In this document: positions 26,110 to 40,300 of the stretch, in pieces
Layout of the letters: the number at the start of each line of letters is the position of its first letter
Numbering within the stretch: position 1 is the stretch's first letter
Source: Phoronis australis
Taxonomy: Eukaryota; Animalia; Phoronida
Length of the DNA stretch: 64,000 nt
Direction of reading: 5' to 3'
Assembly (NCBI GenBank): GCA_002633005.1
Contig: NMRA01000077.1
Span: 1 to 64,000, forward strand
Made by a program: the position numbers and the translations under genes
Notes under the pieces: generated by a model
Told to the model about the DNA's origin: nothing
Database searches by the model: none
Seen by the model: the letters and a program-made list of their open reading frames with translations, nothing else

Positions 26110-27400
26110 AAGACCTGGCAGTGACACAAAATGAATCTCATTTTCAATTTGTCCAGTATTGCATATTCCACGAATTCTCTCATCCTCGGTTAGACCTGCG
26201 TGCCGCCCTGTTTCAATGTAAAGCTTGTGCATTGAGCATCTAAAACGAGCAAGTAGGGCTCTAAAATAAAGGTAGTTTTGATAGTTAAGTTCCGCTTTGA
26301 TAATACAATAGAATTGGCATTTAGTGGAATTAGAAAATGATTTTAAAGAACTTTGTATTCTCAGTCCACAAAGCTATATGTTTTCTAAATCATCTGCAAG
26401 TTGAGCAGGCGCTTGTTCACGCCGACCAGTTCTTCAGATCAACAATTTGGGGCATCATTTCATCGTGAAAATCTATTTCCATGCTTTCTAAATGTATTCT
26501 TGACAGACTTGTTTAAAAAAACGAGGAACTTCGTGTTTGAAATATATCATGTTATTACTCAGGTTATTATGTTCCTATTGAGGAAAACACAACTAATGTG
26601 ACGTCCCTCACTGACAATCTCTGGTTTCTTTGCACATGTCTCAATAACACGTTCCTTGATAAAACTACTTATCTTTCGCATTTTCATGTTCTGCCGTCCG
26701 CCCATCTATTTGGCAAAATCGCTTGAAATCTGAACAAGAATGTTGTCCGATCCCCCTGCGTAGTACTTAAGGAACACTTTTATATTTTGCTGCTTGAAAA
26801 CCTAATAAGTTTTAGGCGTACCTATACAGAATTCGGATGTTGAGGAAAACACCATTGCAGTTGATTTTCGGTCAGTTCTGACTGTTTTGGCAACCCTGTC
26901 AAGTTCCTTGGTAGATCTCCATGAAAAGAGAGCACCATTATGCCAATGTTTAGACGTGTCTGACTGATGTAGTGCGACCCTAGTGGCAATTTGGGTTTTG
27001 TTCGTGTCTGCCACAATTTCAATTGATGTTTGATGGTTCTTCAGGAAATTTAGCGTTACGATGTTTTCAAAGAGGGAACTACGAACAGAGTTGATTTTGA
27101 TTTCTGGGGTGATGTGAATATTGTAAATCACCTTGTAGCAAAAGTGTTATTACCTCTACATCAAGTTCTTTGGTAAATCTTTAAGAAGTATGTAATAAGT
27201 GCGTTCTTACCCAGGAGAGCACGATTCGATACATGCATGAGGATTTCCGAATGTATCCGACAACCGTGACAATATTTGAAAAGTGAACACCTCTATATAT
27301 GTGCCGTTTGCGATGCACGCGGCGTTGGCAATCTGGCGTTCTGTGTTGCTCTTATGGTATACATGAAATTCCCTTGCCAGCTTTTTAAGAACAGGTCACT
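26110..27400 (-). mobile_element. LINE ORF2 3' relic (post-RT region and C-terminal zinc ribbon)
   Basis: RALLARFRCSMHKLYIETGRHAGLTEDERIRGICNTGQIENEIHF at 26125-26270; weaker HVSNRALLG motif near 27210-27240. Confidence 0.65.
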
Positions 27401-27884
27401 CCGTATGCACTACATACATCGGAGTCTGTAGAAACAGGTGGCATTCATCAGGTCTGTGGCATTAAATGCCCATTTCATTCTTGGTTGGATATATCAAATT
27501 AGAAGAGACAAGCGCAGCACATGCGTCTAATTAAATCTAATATCAGCATGGCGCACAACGTCAGCATCAAACTGATCTTGCCGAGAGTCCCAATTACTTA
27601 GCAGTGGTAGTGGTTTTACTGCATTCGATGTTTTCGTTATGAGGCACGACTTAGGGTTTCCCTGTGTGGAAATCTGAACGCACAAACGTAATTCAATACA
27701 CGGAGCAGAAGAGGCCACCACAACATTACATGTCACAATCACCATTCTACGTCAAACAAACCCTCCGTTTATAATAAACCTGTCGACATCCATCTCTGAC
27801 TCAATAGGTACGAACACGGTACCGCTTTTTTCCCAAAGCCGTAACCAATTACGAGACAATGTATGAAATTGGACAAATATGACC

Positions 27885-28151
27885 ATGTCAGAAGTTGACT
27901 GAGGGTTTAGTTTAAAGGTAGCTATGCTTTGTGATTGTGTGATTGTGCTTGGATGGAAAAAGAATGATCAGATCCAGCACTTAATTTTTTACATGATAAC
28001 CACTAATTAAAACAAGTGAAATCACTGTTGTTTATTAAGTACACTAAAAGTGAAGAAGAGTAACTACGCTAGCGCCCTCTGTAAGGATAATTTCAATCAA
28101 TTAACCAAAAATAATCAAACGTGATGTCTGCTATCCAAACTGTAGGACTCG
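27885..28151 (-). repeat. Partial inverted copy of the LTR-like repeat at 7588-7840
   Basis: Shared blocks ggatagcaga, tttgattattttggtt, agagggcgctag and agcatagctacctt. Confidence 0.65.
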
Positions 28152-28855
28152 ACAATTGAACTATCGCCAGGATTATGACCGACAGCTTAACTGACCCAAC
28201 CAGAACGCAGCATTCTTAACACACCTTTGTCTGCGTTTCCAAGCCGCCATTTTACCCGAATAAAGCTTATTTTAGTCTATAGCTAAAAAAAGTTATGGGA
28301 TAAGAATGGTGAAACGGTGTTGAAATGGCGTGTGTAGTTCTGACAGTCGTTATACTACTCAAGAAGAATATCCGTAGTTTTTGGACATTGTGTAAACTAT
28401 TATCAATTTGTGTGAACGACCACACAGGCAGCTAAACTTGCCAATGTTTCTGGATCACTCGATGGTTAAAGAGAAGTATATTTGTTCCAAGATACGTACT
28501 TTTCAGTTTGGTGGCTATAGTGTAGATCTAATTGATTTTGACTGGGGTTTCATTCGTCCGGATGCCTTTGTCTCGGTATCTGCTGGATCCCAGCACTAGG
28601 TAGTCTAGTGGTTGCTCCCCGGACATTTTTATTATTTTTCATTTATTTCGACTGTAATGGACATCATTCTGTTTCGTAGGAGAGGTACATTTTTGTAATA
28701 CATATACCCGCACGCTGACGTTCAACTGAACTTCTCACGAAAACTGACGGATTCGATCGGCACATGTGCAAAGAGGGGTATCAAAGCCTCGTTCGAGCTG
28801 TTGTCACGAACAAATAAACAGTTGGATTACTTCTAGTATACACTACACCTGTAGA

Positions 28856-28987
28856 CATGGGTGGCGCAGCACTGAAAAAAAGTGGGGGCTAAAGACCCTC
28901 AGCCCCCTGTGGTGCATCGCCTATAGACCATAGCATTGAAAAAAGTGGGGCTATAGGCCCCCCAGCCCCTATGGTGCACCGCCCGTG
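28856..28987. mobile_element. Short MITE with ~5-bp TSD
   Basis: Ends CATGGGTGGCGCAGCA / TGGTGCACCGCCCGTG; flanks GTAGA / GTAGT; internal gaaaaaagtgggg...cagcccc unit occurs twice. Confidence 0.6.
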
Positions 28988-30101
28988 GTAGTGTTAGGGA
29001 ACCCTCAATTAATAGTTGTTCAAACATGACACCTGGATTCATGAAGCTTAAAACAATTTTAGTTAATTTTGTAAATGGTAACTTTTTGCCACTGCACCAG
29101 TCTTGTCTTTTCTCGTTACCATACCACAACTTAGTGATCATGCTACGTTTAAATTTAAACGAAAGCTACCTTTATGCAGTGAATCTACAAAAATGTGAAT
29201 TTCATATGGTTGGCCTAAATTAATTGTCTTTATGATGCACTGAATTACGACCAATTCCATGCATTAACTTTAATTGCACACAGATCTTGACATACCGGGG
29301 CTAACTGCTTGCCTAGGATAAGATGAGAATGTCTGAGCTATGAACCTGATTTCTGTAATCAAACTATTTCGCTCGAAGATTAGAAAAGTATAAACAATGC
29401 TATCGACTCGACCTACTTTACTCGGAGAATCCCATCAGTTGTGACCTACTTTTCATTTGGCGGAATTTAGCACACGGCAGAATAAAAAATCGGAGAATCT
29501 TCACTGATTTTGTTCGAAATATCCCGAAATCTACGGCAATGTACCGATAATTCGACTTTAAGGTACATACCCGACTTTACATGAACACAAGCAGCAGGGA
29601 CAATTAACTGAATTATAAGATTCGTTGGTGATGGACTTCAAATTTAAAAATAAATAAGATAGCAACCCCTTCCTCCTGCAAGAAAAAAAAAACAACAAGT
29701 AGACTAGGGTGTTTATAAAATAACGAAAACCGGTATGAAACATGTTTAGAACTAACGTTCCTTTGGGAAGTGGCCCTTTGTCAAGATAATCAAAAATTGC
29801 CGTTTTAGTCATTTTGTACAATATAGAATGTACCCAGTTAAAACTACTCTTGACATTGAAGGCTGTAACTCCGGGGAAATCACCAGAGAAAAGTTTGGGT
29901 GTAATCCACCGAAGTTGAGAAAGTAGTGCTAGCAATTGCCAGTGTAAGTGAGAAATTCTCCACTTCTTTTTACCAGTCTATTAGGGTCTAAGACCACAGT
30001 ACCGGCAGTGGCTAATTTTGAACTTCTCGCTGGCCTGGATCAATTAAAGCAATTGTATGCCCAGCTGTCTCGGACACCTGAAAAAAGGCATAGCCTAACT
30101 G

Positions 30102-33100
30102 ACAGAAAGCACACTCTATGGGTTTCTCAAAAATGAAGAAAATCATCAGAAGCATGTCTTTTTGCTACATCTACCGTGAAAAAATTTCGAGGTGACAAAA
30201 ATGAACAAAAAATTACTAGTTTGGCTACAATTTACCTAAAGTCACAAATTCACAACTGCCCCGATGCAAGAAAAGAGGCCATCACACCGGCGAATGCTCA
30301 TTCATTTTAGATTCCAAAAATTCAGGTTAAAATATTTCATAACCAACCAGATGTTTGACGTCCACTTGTCGGAAGGGTGACTCAACACCTAGGATATGCT
30401 CTCAAAATGGCGGCACTTCCGTATCCTAGTAGTAGACAAGAGCACACACCAAATTTCTAGACTCTGTTTACTCAAAACAACTTCAAGGAACTATTGAATA
30501 CCATTTGTGGCAATTACCTCCCATCTAGTCCACAAAAAGACGTCAAAACCGACAAACCCATTTTGTTTATTTTGGGGGAGCTACACAGGCATTTATTGTG
30601 GCCTTAGGCTTGAGACTATCGGAAATACCCAAAGTGAACGTTATCTGAGCATGTGCGAACCTCGGTCATAAAACTCTCCAGTTTGAAACACACAGGACTT
30701 AAGTCCGAATGTGCATTAATAATCAATTCCGAGGGGGAATTTGAGGCTATCCCGGCAAATAACGAGGGGTTTCCGGTGGTGCTATATATCTTGGAGCATC
30801 TGAAAACACACCATTTTAAACAAGTATTCACCTATTAGTTAAAGGTTATGAATATCGGAAACTAATGTAAATGGAGACTCGCCGATGTCTGAGAAAAGCC
30901 AAACAGGTTGCCTTGGTGTAACACGACCAAAACGCAAACATGGTTTCAAAAAGTACGATTCGTGCGCCATCAATTAACATAAACAGAACATCGCAAGCTA
31001 AACATATGCAAAAGAGTACCATTGATAACAAACACTGTTTTGAAATGCAACATATTAGTTTACGCACTTTTTTATTTCAAGGACGCGTACTTGTTCTGTC
31101 AATTGAATTACAGCACACGAATAGCTCAAGCCCTTCAACAGATGCATCTAATATGTTCAGATTTCATCTCCTGGTAAATGATCAATACGAGCCGCGCTTC
31201 AACCAGTAAATCGAAACCGCACATAATGGAATTTTACGAGCTCAAATTCAACTGAAAACTACGCATACATAAATCGATGGTATTTGATTTACTATGGCGA
31301 AAATAGGATGGAATGCGTATTACGCGAGTGTTCACTCTATTACTCTATTACAAACAGAATTTTATCCCCATAATGTACGATATCAAGCGCTCTTAATATT
31401 AGAATCCACTTACCAAATGGGTACTTCAACGTGTAAGCCGAGACCTCGTAGATAAACGCATAAAACGGAATAACAACCGAGCAATCCATTTTGCTTTCAC
31501 CAGCTCGTCTCCCACGATTCGACTACACTTAACTAATAGCATATAGCACTGATGCGCGAGGTTGGGGTTTCTCTTTAATTCACTGCGCCATATATTGTGC
31601 GCTTATTTAAACAACGTCGCACGAATGTGCTGAATACATGGAGATTGTTGATGTGCTGACTTGGCATTTCTGTGGGCAAGTGAAGCTAATTAAGACGTAG
31701 AGTCAAGACAAACTTGAACATGAGGCAGCAGCTGCAATAGAATTAAGAATTACTCGCCGCAGACCATGACGTATACAGTATTAGTAACAGCAATAGCACT
31801 AATGTATAAGCACCATCATCGGATCCATTTCCCTATTGGTTCGGTCACGGGAAGAATGTGGGAGGGGTGCTCAAACCTGCAAGGAAGGGACCTCCCCCAG
31901 AAAAGTTCGAGAATTCAAGTCACCTTTGGTACATTGTAGTTTCAGAAAAATCCGTCAAAGCGTCATCACAGCGCCGATGTCTCTAAAAATGAAGGTTCTC
32001 GAGATTTCAAGAAAAACGTGTTGAGCATGAATTCCATATCGATCGTCCAAATACGAAACATGCTTCGAGAACTTTCATTTCGTCAAGTAATTTTGAATTA
32101 ATTAACATACGGGCATCAGTCTGGTAAGGGGTAATAGCACCCCTGTTACTCTCTGTTCCTCCCGTTATTTTTTAACTGTGCATCACTTGATATAAACTGG
32201 GACCCTCACCGATCGCTGCCCTGGTGATTAAGTCAGCTGCTTATTTCTTGTTCTTGAAATTATATATCCCTTCATATTTAAGAGCCGACGTCCTTGGAGG
32301 GGCCCCTCTAATAACATCCGTGGCCACCGTTTTTNACAGAAAGCACAGTCTATAGGGTTTCTCAAAAATGAAGAAAATCATCAGAAGCATGTCTTTTTGC
32401 TACATCTACCGTGAAAAAATTTCGAGGTGACAAAAATGAACAAAAAAGTACTATTTTGGCTACAATTTACCTAAAGTCACAAATTCACAACTGCCCCGAT
32501 GCAAGAAAAGAGACCATCACACCGGCGAATGCTCTTTCATTTTAGATTCCAGAAATTCAGGTTAAAATATTTCATAACCAACCAGATGTTTTACGTCCAC
32601 TTGTCGGAAGGGTGCCTGGATTCGCGCCAAGACTCAACACCTAGGATGTGCTCTCAAAATGGCGGCACTTCCGTATCCTAGTAGTAGACAAGAGCACACG
32701 CCAAATTTCTAGACTCTGTTTACTCAAAACAACTTCAAGGAACTATTGAATACCATTTGTGGCAATTACCTCCCATCTAGGCCACAAAAAGACGTCAAAA
32801 CCGACAAACCCATTTTGTTTATTTTGGGGAGAGATACACAGGCATTTATTGTGGCCTTAGGCTTGAGACTATCGGAAATACCCGAAGTGAACGTTATCTG
32901 AGCATGTGCGAACCTCGGTCATAAAACTCTCCAGTTTGAAACACACAGGACTTAAGTCCGAATGTGCATTAATAATCAATTCCGAGGGGGAATTTGAGGC
33001 TACCCAAATACCGAGGGGTTTCCGGTGGTGCTATATATCTTGGAGCATCTGAAAACAGACCATTTTAAACAAGTATTCACCTATTAGTTAAAGGTTATGA

Positions 33101-34594
33101 ATATCGGAAACTAATGTAAATGGAGACTCGCCGATGTCTGAGAAAAGCCAAACAGGTTGCCTTGGTGTTACGGTAACACGACCAAAACGCAAACATGGTT
33201 TTAAAAAGTACGATTCGTGCGCCATCAATTAACATAAACTGAACATCGCAAGCTAAGCATGTGCAAAAGAGTACCATTGATAACAAACACTGTTTTGAAA
33301 TGCATCATATTAGTTTACGCACTTTTTTATTTCAAGGACTCGTACTTGTTCTGTCAATTGAATTACAGCACACGAATGAGCTCAAGCCCTTCAACAGATG
33401 CATCTAATATGTTCAGATTTCATCTCCTGGTAAATGATCAATACGAGCCGCGCTTCAACCAGTAAATCGAAACCGCACATAATGGAATTTTACGTGCTCA
33501 AATTCAACTGAAAACTACGCATACATAAATCGATGGTATTTGATTTACTATGGCGAAAATAGGATGGAATGCGTATTACGCGAGTGTTCACTCTATTACT
33601 CTATTACAAACAGAATTTTATCCCCATAATGTACGATATGAAGCGCTCTTAATATTAGAATCCACTTACCAAATGGGTACTTCAACGTGTAAGCCGAGAC
33701 CTCGTAGATAAACGCATAAAACGGAATAACAACCGAGCAATCCATTTTGCTTTCACCAGCTCGTCTCCCACGATTCGACTACACTTAACTAATAGCATAT
33801 AGCACTGATGCGCGAGGTTGGGGTTTCTCTTTAATTCACTGCGCCATATATTGTGCGCTTATTTAAACAACGTCGCACGAATGTGCTGAATACATGGAGA
33901 TTGTTGATGTGCTGACTTGGCATTTCCGTGGGCAAGTGAAACTAATTAAGACGTAGAGTCAAGACAAACTTGAACATGAGGCAGCAGCTGCAATAAAATT
34001 AAGAATTACTCGCCACAGACCATGACGTATACAGTATTAGTAACAGCAATAGCACTAATGCATAAGCACCAGCATCGGATCCATTTCCCTATTGGTTCGG
34101 TCATGGGAAGAATGTGGGAGGGGTGCTCAAACCTGCAAGGAAGGGACCTCCCCCAGAAAAGTTCGAGAATTCAAGTCACCTTTGGTACATTGTAAAGTTT
34201 CAGAAAAATCCGTCAAAGCGTCACCACAGCGCCGATGTCTCTAAAAATAAAGGTTCTCGAGATTTCAAGAAAAACGTGTTGTGCATGAACTCCATATCGA
34301 TCGTGCAAATACGAAACATGCTTCGAGAACTTTCATTTCGTCAAGTAATTTTGAATTAATTAACATACGGTCATCAGTCTGGTAAGGGATAAAAGCACCC
34401 CTGTTACTCTCTGTTCCTCCCGTTATTTTATATCAAGTGATGATCACTTGATATAAACTGGAACCCTCACCGATCGCTGCCCTGGTGATTAAGTCAGCTG
34501 CTTATTTCTTGTTTTTGAAATTATATATCCCTTCATATTTAAGAGCCGACGTCCTTGGAGGGGCCCCTCTAATAACATCCGTGGCCACCGTTTT
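30102..34594. repeat. ~2.25-kb direct duplication flanking a single N (probable haplotype-overlap artefact)
   Basis: 30102-32334 and 32336-34594 are near-identical with scattered SNPs and indels; n at 32335 sits exactly at the junction. Confidence 0.85.
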
Positions 34595-34840
34595 CCTGTT
34601 CTTCATTCATATCCCTTCTTCTGAAAGGGCCGCTCGCAGAGGAGACCCAAATGATAAAATCAATTTCCTGTTTTTGGCTTCCCAGATAGATCCATCAACA
34701 CTTTAGCAACATGTAAAGCACAATTTATTCACTCAGAAACGGGTTCGTTAAAGGACTTGCGAAGTAGCCCTTTGTGCACCACAGGGCAGACAGTGGGCAC
34801 TTTAAAAATTGTCCAAATGAACTCATCAATTCAAACTATA

Positions 34841-35231
34841 CTTCATACTTTCATTCCTTCAATGGCGACTAGTGCTGTATATATTCTTTAATTTTTGTTA
34901 AGAAACGTCACCTTTTGGAGGGTCACTCGATTATGGAATTAAATGTCACTCTTTTTCGTTTTAAATGATATAGCCTTTCATATTAGGGAGGCTCTTTTAG
35001 AGCTGGTCTGTCTGATAGGGATGACCCAGTGCAACTGCCCCTCTGCTGCGAACCTGGCACTGTCAACTAGTCACGAGCAGCAAACGAAATTTCAAATTGG
35101 TCGAAAAGATATAGAACTTGTGAAGCAGAGCAGCATCAAGACATGCGGCCAACACAGCCAAATGTGAGATTATATTAAATAAAAGAATATTTACAGCACT
35201 AGTCGCCATCGCCAAAAGGATGAAAGTGAAG
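34841..35231. mobile_element. MITE with ~55-bp imperfect terminal inverted repeats
   Basis: tggcgactagtgctgtatatattcttta matches the reverse complement of aaagaatatttacagcactagtcgcca; outer ctttcat / atgaaag are also complementary. Confidence 0.65.
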
Positions 35232-36464
35232 AATTAAATACCACTACTTATAACACACACACACACACAGGAACAAATTATCGATGGTTTTATAGCGATT
35301 GATACTTTTTCCCAAAGAAGATCGTTATTATCGTTATTATTATTAGCATTGTTGATTAAGTGGAAGTTGTTTGTAGGAGACTCCTAGACTTCTATCAGAC
35401 ACGAGGTGTATATTTTTGATGACCGTGTAAAATGTACATTTCTAGATTAAGGTGTATTCATAGTTTGTCAAATATCTCTAAAACACTCGTTGTTTTACGA
35501 CTTTTATTTATTTATAAAACACTTGAATATTATTTTTATTTGTTTATTTTGTTTGAATAATGTTGATTTTGCGTTGGGGTTTTGTTATTATTGGGTTAAA
35601 TAATAGTGCGCAAATAAAATTTTACAATGACGTCATACGAAACAGTGTAGACATTAATTCAAACTACAAATTTAAATATGTTGATGAAAAAACTTCCCGT
35701 CTAAGACTATTCCCAATTACTATTTTTTCACAATCTCAGGAACATAATGTAATCGCCATCTAGTAAAATGTAGTTTTGAAGTCTTCGACTTGAAAGGTGC
35801 GCGGTTTTGACAAGGTCAAGTAGCGAACAGAAGACACGAAGTGCACCACGCAGACACAAAAGAAAACACTTAACGAAGCAATTTTTCATTTATGAGCCAA
35901 AACGCGAAATTTTGAGGTACTGAAAATCCTACTGAGACTTTTTGAAAAAAAATGAAACAGTATTTGAAGCGGAATAGACTTCACACTATATCAAGAAAGC
36001 CTGATCGTATCTTGTGGAAAATATTTTTGGTGCACCTTACAAAGTAATCTGTGTACATTTTGTTTCTAATTCTAAGTCCGTTTGGAAAGCAAACTGAAGT
36101 GTTTTAGATCAGTTGTATGATCTTGTTTTCACACAATTTAATGGAACCCTGATCGGAACCAATGCCACGAATTAACGAGTAAAACCACCACGAGCGTAAC
36201 CGTTGAAAGAAAGTCGATTGATCGAACATGACCCCCACACAAAACGGAAGTAAATTCTTTTCAATTATCTTACAAACGTTGGTTCACATTTAGATGTTAT
36301 CGTCAAGAGTGAATGTCCGACTACTAATAGTTAGGGCAGACCTTCCAATGGAAAAGAGGGGCCCAAAATGTATAGAAATGGCGTGAAATGGAAGACAGGT
36401 CTGTGAAAGTAGCGCTATTGTTTGATTAATTAGGATTCCATCCAACCTAGTAATGCATCACATG

Positions 36465-37043
36465 TAGCTATGTTGTCTTATAGCTATGTTGTCTTATAGC
36501 TATGTTGTCTTATGGCTATGTTGTCTTATGGCTATGTTGTCTTATGGCTATATTGTCTTATGGCTATGTTGTCTTATGGTTATGTTGTCTTATGGCTATG
36601 TTGTCTTATGGCTATGTTGTCTTATGGCTATGTTGTCTTATGGTTATGTTGTCTTATGGCTATGTTGTCTTATGGCTATGTTGTCTTATGGCTATGTTGT
36701 CTTATGGTTATGTTGTCTTATGGCTATGTTGTCTTATGGCTATGTTGTCTTATGGCTATGTTGTCTTATGGTTATGTTGTCTTATGGCTATGTTGTCTTA
36801 TGGCTATGTTGTCTTATGGCTATGTTGTCTTATGGTTATGTTGTCTTATGGCTATGCTGTCTTATGGTTATGTTGTCTTATGGCTATGTTGTCTTATGGC
36901 TATGTTGTCTTATAGCTATGTTGTATTATGGCTATGTTGTCTTATTACTATGTTGTCTTATGGTTATGTTGTCTTATGGCTATGTTGTCTTATGGCTATG
37001 TTGTCTTGTGGCAATGTTGTCTTATAGCTATGTTGTCTTATAG
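36465..37043. repeat. Minisatellite, 16-bp unit (GCTATGTTGTCTTATG), ~36 copies
   Basis: Directly visible homogeneous tandem array. Confidence 0.97.
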
Positions 37044-37266
37044 TCTATTTAAAACATGAGGAGTTTATACCTACATGTACGATTGTAAAGTCAGCAAACA
37101 TTGCAAAGACGAGTTATTAGCTTTGACCAGAGTTATTAAACATCAAACTCCGTTGTTTTTTGGGATTTTATTACAAATCATCTTTTCTCACTGTTGTCTG
37201 CCAGGCATTTGTTGAAATCAAGGCCGGTGTCTCAACCATTTAAACACACATACTGTAAAATACCAA

Positions 37267-37345
37267 CACGTGGTATGGCTCAGTGGCACAACATTCGACT
37301 GCTACTGCAGGGTTAATTGGTAGTTCGATTTCGCGCAGGTGCTAA
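37267..37345 (+). mobile_element. Degenerate tRNA-derived SINE head
   Basis: A box TGGCTCAGTGG and B box GTTCGATT; cloverleaf stems not intact. Confidence 0.5.
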
Positions 37346-40300
37346 TTTCTGAATACAAAACTTTTGTCGTAGAGGATATCCCTTGAACCACTACATATAG
37401 GGTGGAAAAATTGTCATTATTCTTACTCATAGGCCATGCGGATTGAAACGTTTGGCTTATAGCAAAGTTCAGCAACGACTAAAATATCCTGGACAAGTGT
37501 ATTAATCTGTTTGTGCCCGAATTTCTTCGCATACAGGAACTATTCTTGACCTGAAGATGCTGATTTCGATACTCTGTGGTTGGGAATTCTAGTGAAGGTC
37601 ATGTGAATGTAATGGGCCTTTTATAATTCAGGAATGATCTGAAACTTTAGTGAAGGTAGAATGTTGCAAATTATTCGAAAACCTTTGGTAGACGAAACTG
37701 TCGAAAAAGAGCCATACCTTAGGTCTTGCAAATAGTAACTCGCGTCTGAATATTCAGCAATAGACAGCACTGAGTAAAATTCTGTTCGTCTTCATCTGAG
37801 ATAAATCTTGAACACTTCCCCACTACATGTATATCCAACTGACTGGTTCAATCACGCTTTGTACTTGGGTTCATTAACGAAGGCCGGAAGACGGCGCTGT
37901 CTGGCTGTTGCAATTTCGTTAAAAGAGGCAGTGTCGCTAAAGTCAGCCGCACGGTTGTACGCTTTTTGCAAAAAGGGACATGGCGTTCTGTCCTTTGGAG
38001 CAAAATGCACCATGGTTTCTCTTTACAATATATGCAACGCACATACCGAACAAATATTTTGATTTTTCCTTGATTGAGGAATGTTGTAGCTTGAAGTCGA
38101 CGATACAATAAAGGTTATTTCTGCATTGGGCTGGAATTTTCTTGAGGCAGGCAGACGATCCCCGTAGGAAAAGAATATACTTTATGTTCTCCCCGAGATG
38201 TTTTATCAGCAATCGACATAAAAACTTGGCTGGAAAGTACTCAAATATTTACCAATGTTCTATAACTGATAAGTCAAAAAGGTCCGCCATAAGGATTTTT
38301 CGTTTTAAATGGTTGGCCTCGGGATTCTTTAAGTGGACGCTAACGAATATATGTAGATCAAGTCTTTTTGACGTTTGAATAGATTGAGGGCAGAAGGTAA
38401 TTCATCACCATGGGGGCGTTCGTGTGATGAGAGACCTACGCGATTTGCCTGAACGCTGACGTTTCTATGGTAAGGTGCCTTACTTCACTTAGGACACCTA
38501 GTGAATTTCGAGATCCTCAATGATCAGCACGATCTCACGTGACCACTTGAATGTACACTTTTCTGTGAGTAAAACTACTGTTACACTAGTGCTGTTTACT
38601 ACTGAACTTTATAGTTGCTAATCATTTGTGGGTTGAAATGTGATGACTTTGTCAGCTTAATTAGCTACTGAGGTCGACCCTTGAAGCCTACAGGTTTAAT
38701 TAGGCTCGCAAGAATTGTCTGATCGAATGAAAATGTTTACAAGCATGTTTCGATTTCCAAGTAAGGGTCTCTTGTTCGATTTTGTGTCATGTCGCGAGTG
38801 GTAAATTATGGCTGCGGGCCAGTAATAATGAATAGATTGGACAGGTTGCATAATGTGAGTGACACTGACACTGGCTTTTGTGAGAAGCATGCCAAAACAG
38901 TACACAGACCACATGGATGTACAACTTGACATGTCCCCGCCATTGCGAGACAATTGCCAAAACAGCGTACATGTACGTCAGTATTGACCTTGATGTTCAT
39001 TTCGTTACATACTTTGGCTCTTTGTTAGTATTTACATAAGGCTGTGTATAATGTCGATCGTGTATTTGGCTCGAAATTTAACCTAGGCGATTTTTTGTCG
39101 CCGGGATGCCCCTCTCTCTACTCAAATGCATGGACCCTAGTACTGTAGAAAAGTAAAAAGATGAAACATAAAATAGAAGCTTTCAGTATTCAGTTCAACT
39201 ACAACAGTTGCAATTTCAAAAAGTTTGTTCATAGTGATGGGACCCCACCCCCCGATGTGGACATGTGTGTACTAGCGTTTCTGATGTGAAATGTTTCACA
39301 TGTGACTTTTCATTCTAGTTTTCGACAAAGGCGGCAAGTCAATTAACGTGTGCACTGGCAGACAAATCTCAGTGAGAACTGCACAGTAACTCAGCAGGCT
39401 CTTCGTCTACTGGGAAACACTCTTTGGCGTTGTGAGAGCACAAAAAGCTTTTTCGCTTGCATTAATCTTCAGTAAAGACGCACTAAGTTTTAATCCAACC
39501 TTCCACAATGAGCCTCTCACGATAATTATGTAAGAAAGAGATTAGTGGACCAATAACAGTGGCCATCTAATGTTGGTGCTCTCTAGAGAAATGGGAGCAA
39601 GGAAGCTTGATGCTGATTCACATTCGGTGGAGAGAAAGTCAGTACTACATGGTGATTCATTGATTTAAAAACAGAAGAAATAGATCCCAGCGTCAACTCA
39701 TTCCATTGTTTGTTTATAACTTATGTTCATTAATTTGTTTTAGCGTTATCATTCACCAGTCACAGACATGCAGCCCCGGATTCTTCTTCGCAGTTGGACA
39801 TGTAGGCAACACGTCCATAGTCCCTCGGTTGTTCGGTTAGGGGCTACAATTTTAAACGAGTGGTAGGCCAAATCCGGCTACCGATTTGGAGTTTTCACCT
39901 CGTCAAAAATGCATTCCACACTTAAAATTATCACTTAAAAAAGCGCTTACTTTCTTCATTGGTCCTTTCTACTTCTATACATATCTTCGATTGATGAACT
40001 GAAGTTTAGTTGTGAGAATTAAGGTGACTTCGGCGAAGAACTCCAACTCCACTTTCTTGGTTGCCGTTAACTTTTTCACCACACTCGCGATAACCACAAA
40101 GTATGTCTACTAAGTCACGTGAGTTAGGCAAAGACTAGCGCGAGACTGAGTGAAGCACGTGACGCTAGCGCGTGACACTTGCAAAATAGCATGAGAAGGT
40201 ATCAGGTGAAATTTGAAAGATTTGTGTCCCTTGGACTTTTTATTCGTCAGCATGCGTGATTTCACGTAACTTCCTCAAAATGGCACCCGGTAAGAGAGGC

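Noticed and set aside
36486-37043. Long hydrophobic ORFs (185, 171, 137 aa)
   Set aside because: Translations of a 16-bp minisatellite; no spacers, so not a CRISPR array either
37267-37345. Candidate functional tRNA genes here and at 12050-12127 and 23405-23478
   Set aside because: Promoter boxes are present but acceptor and anticodon stems do not pair; treated as SINE-derived
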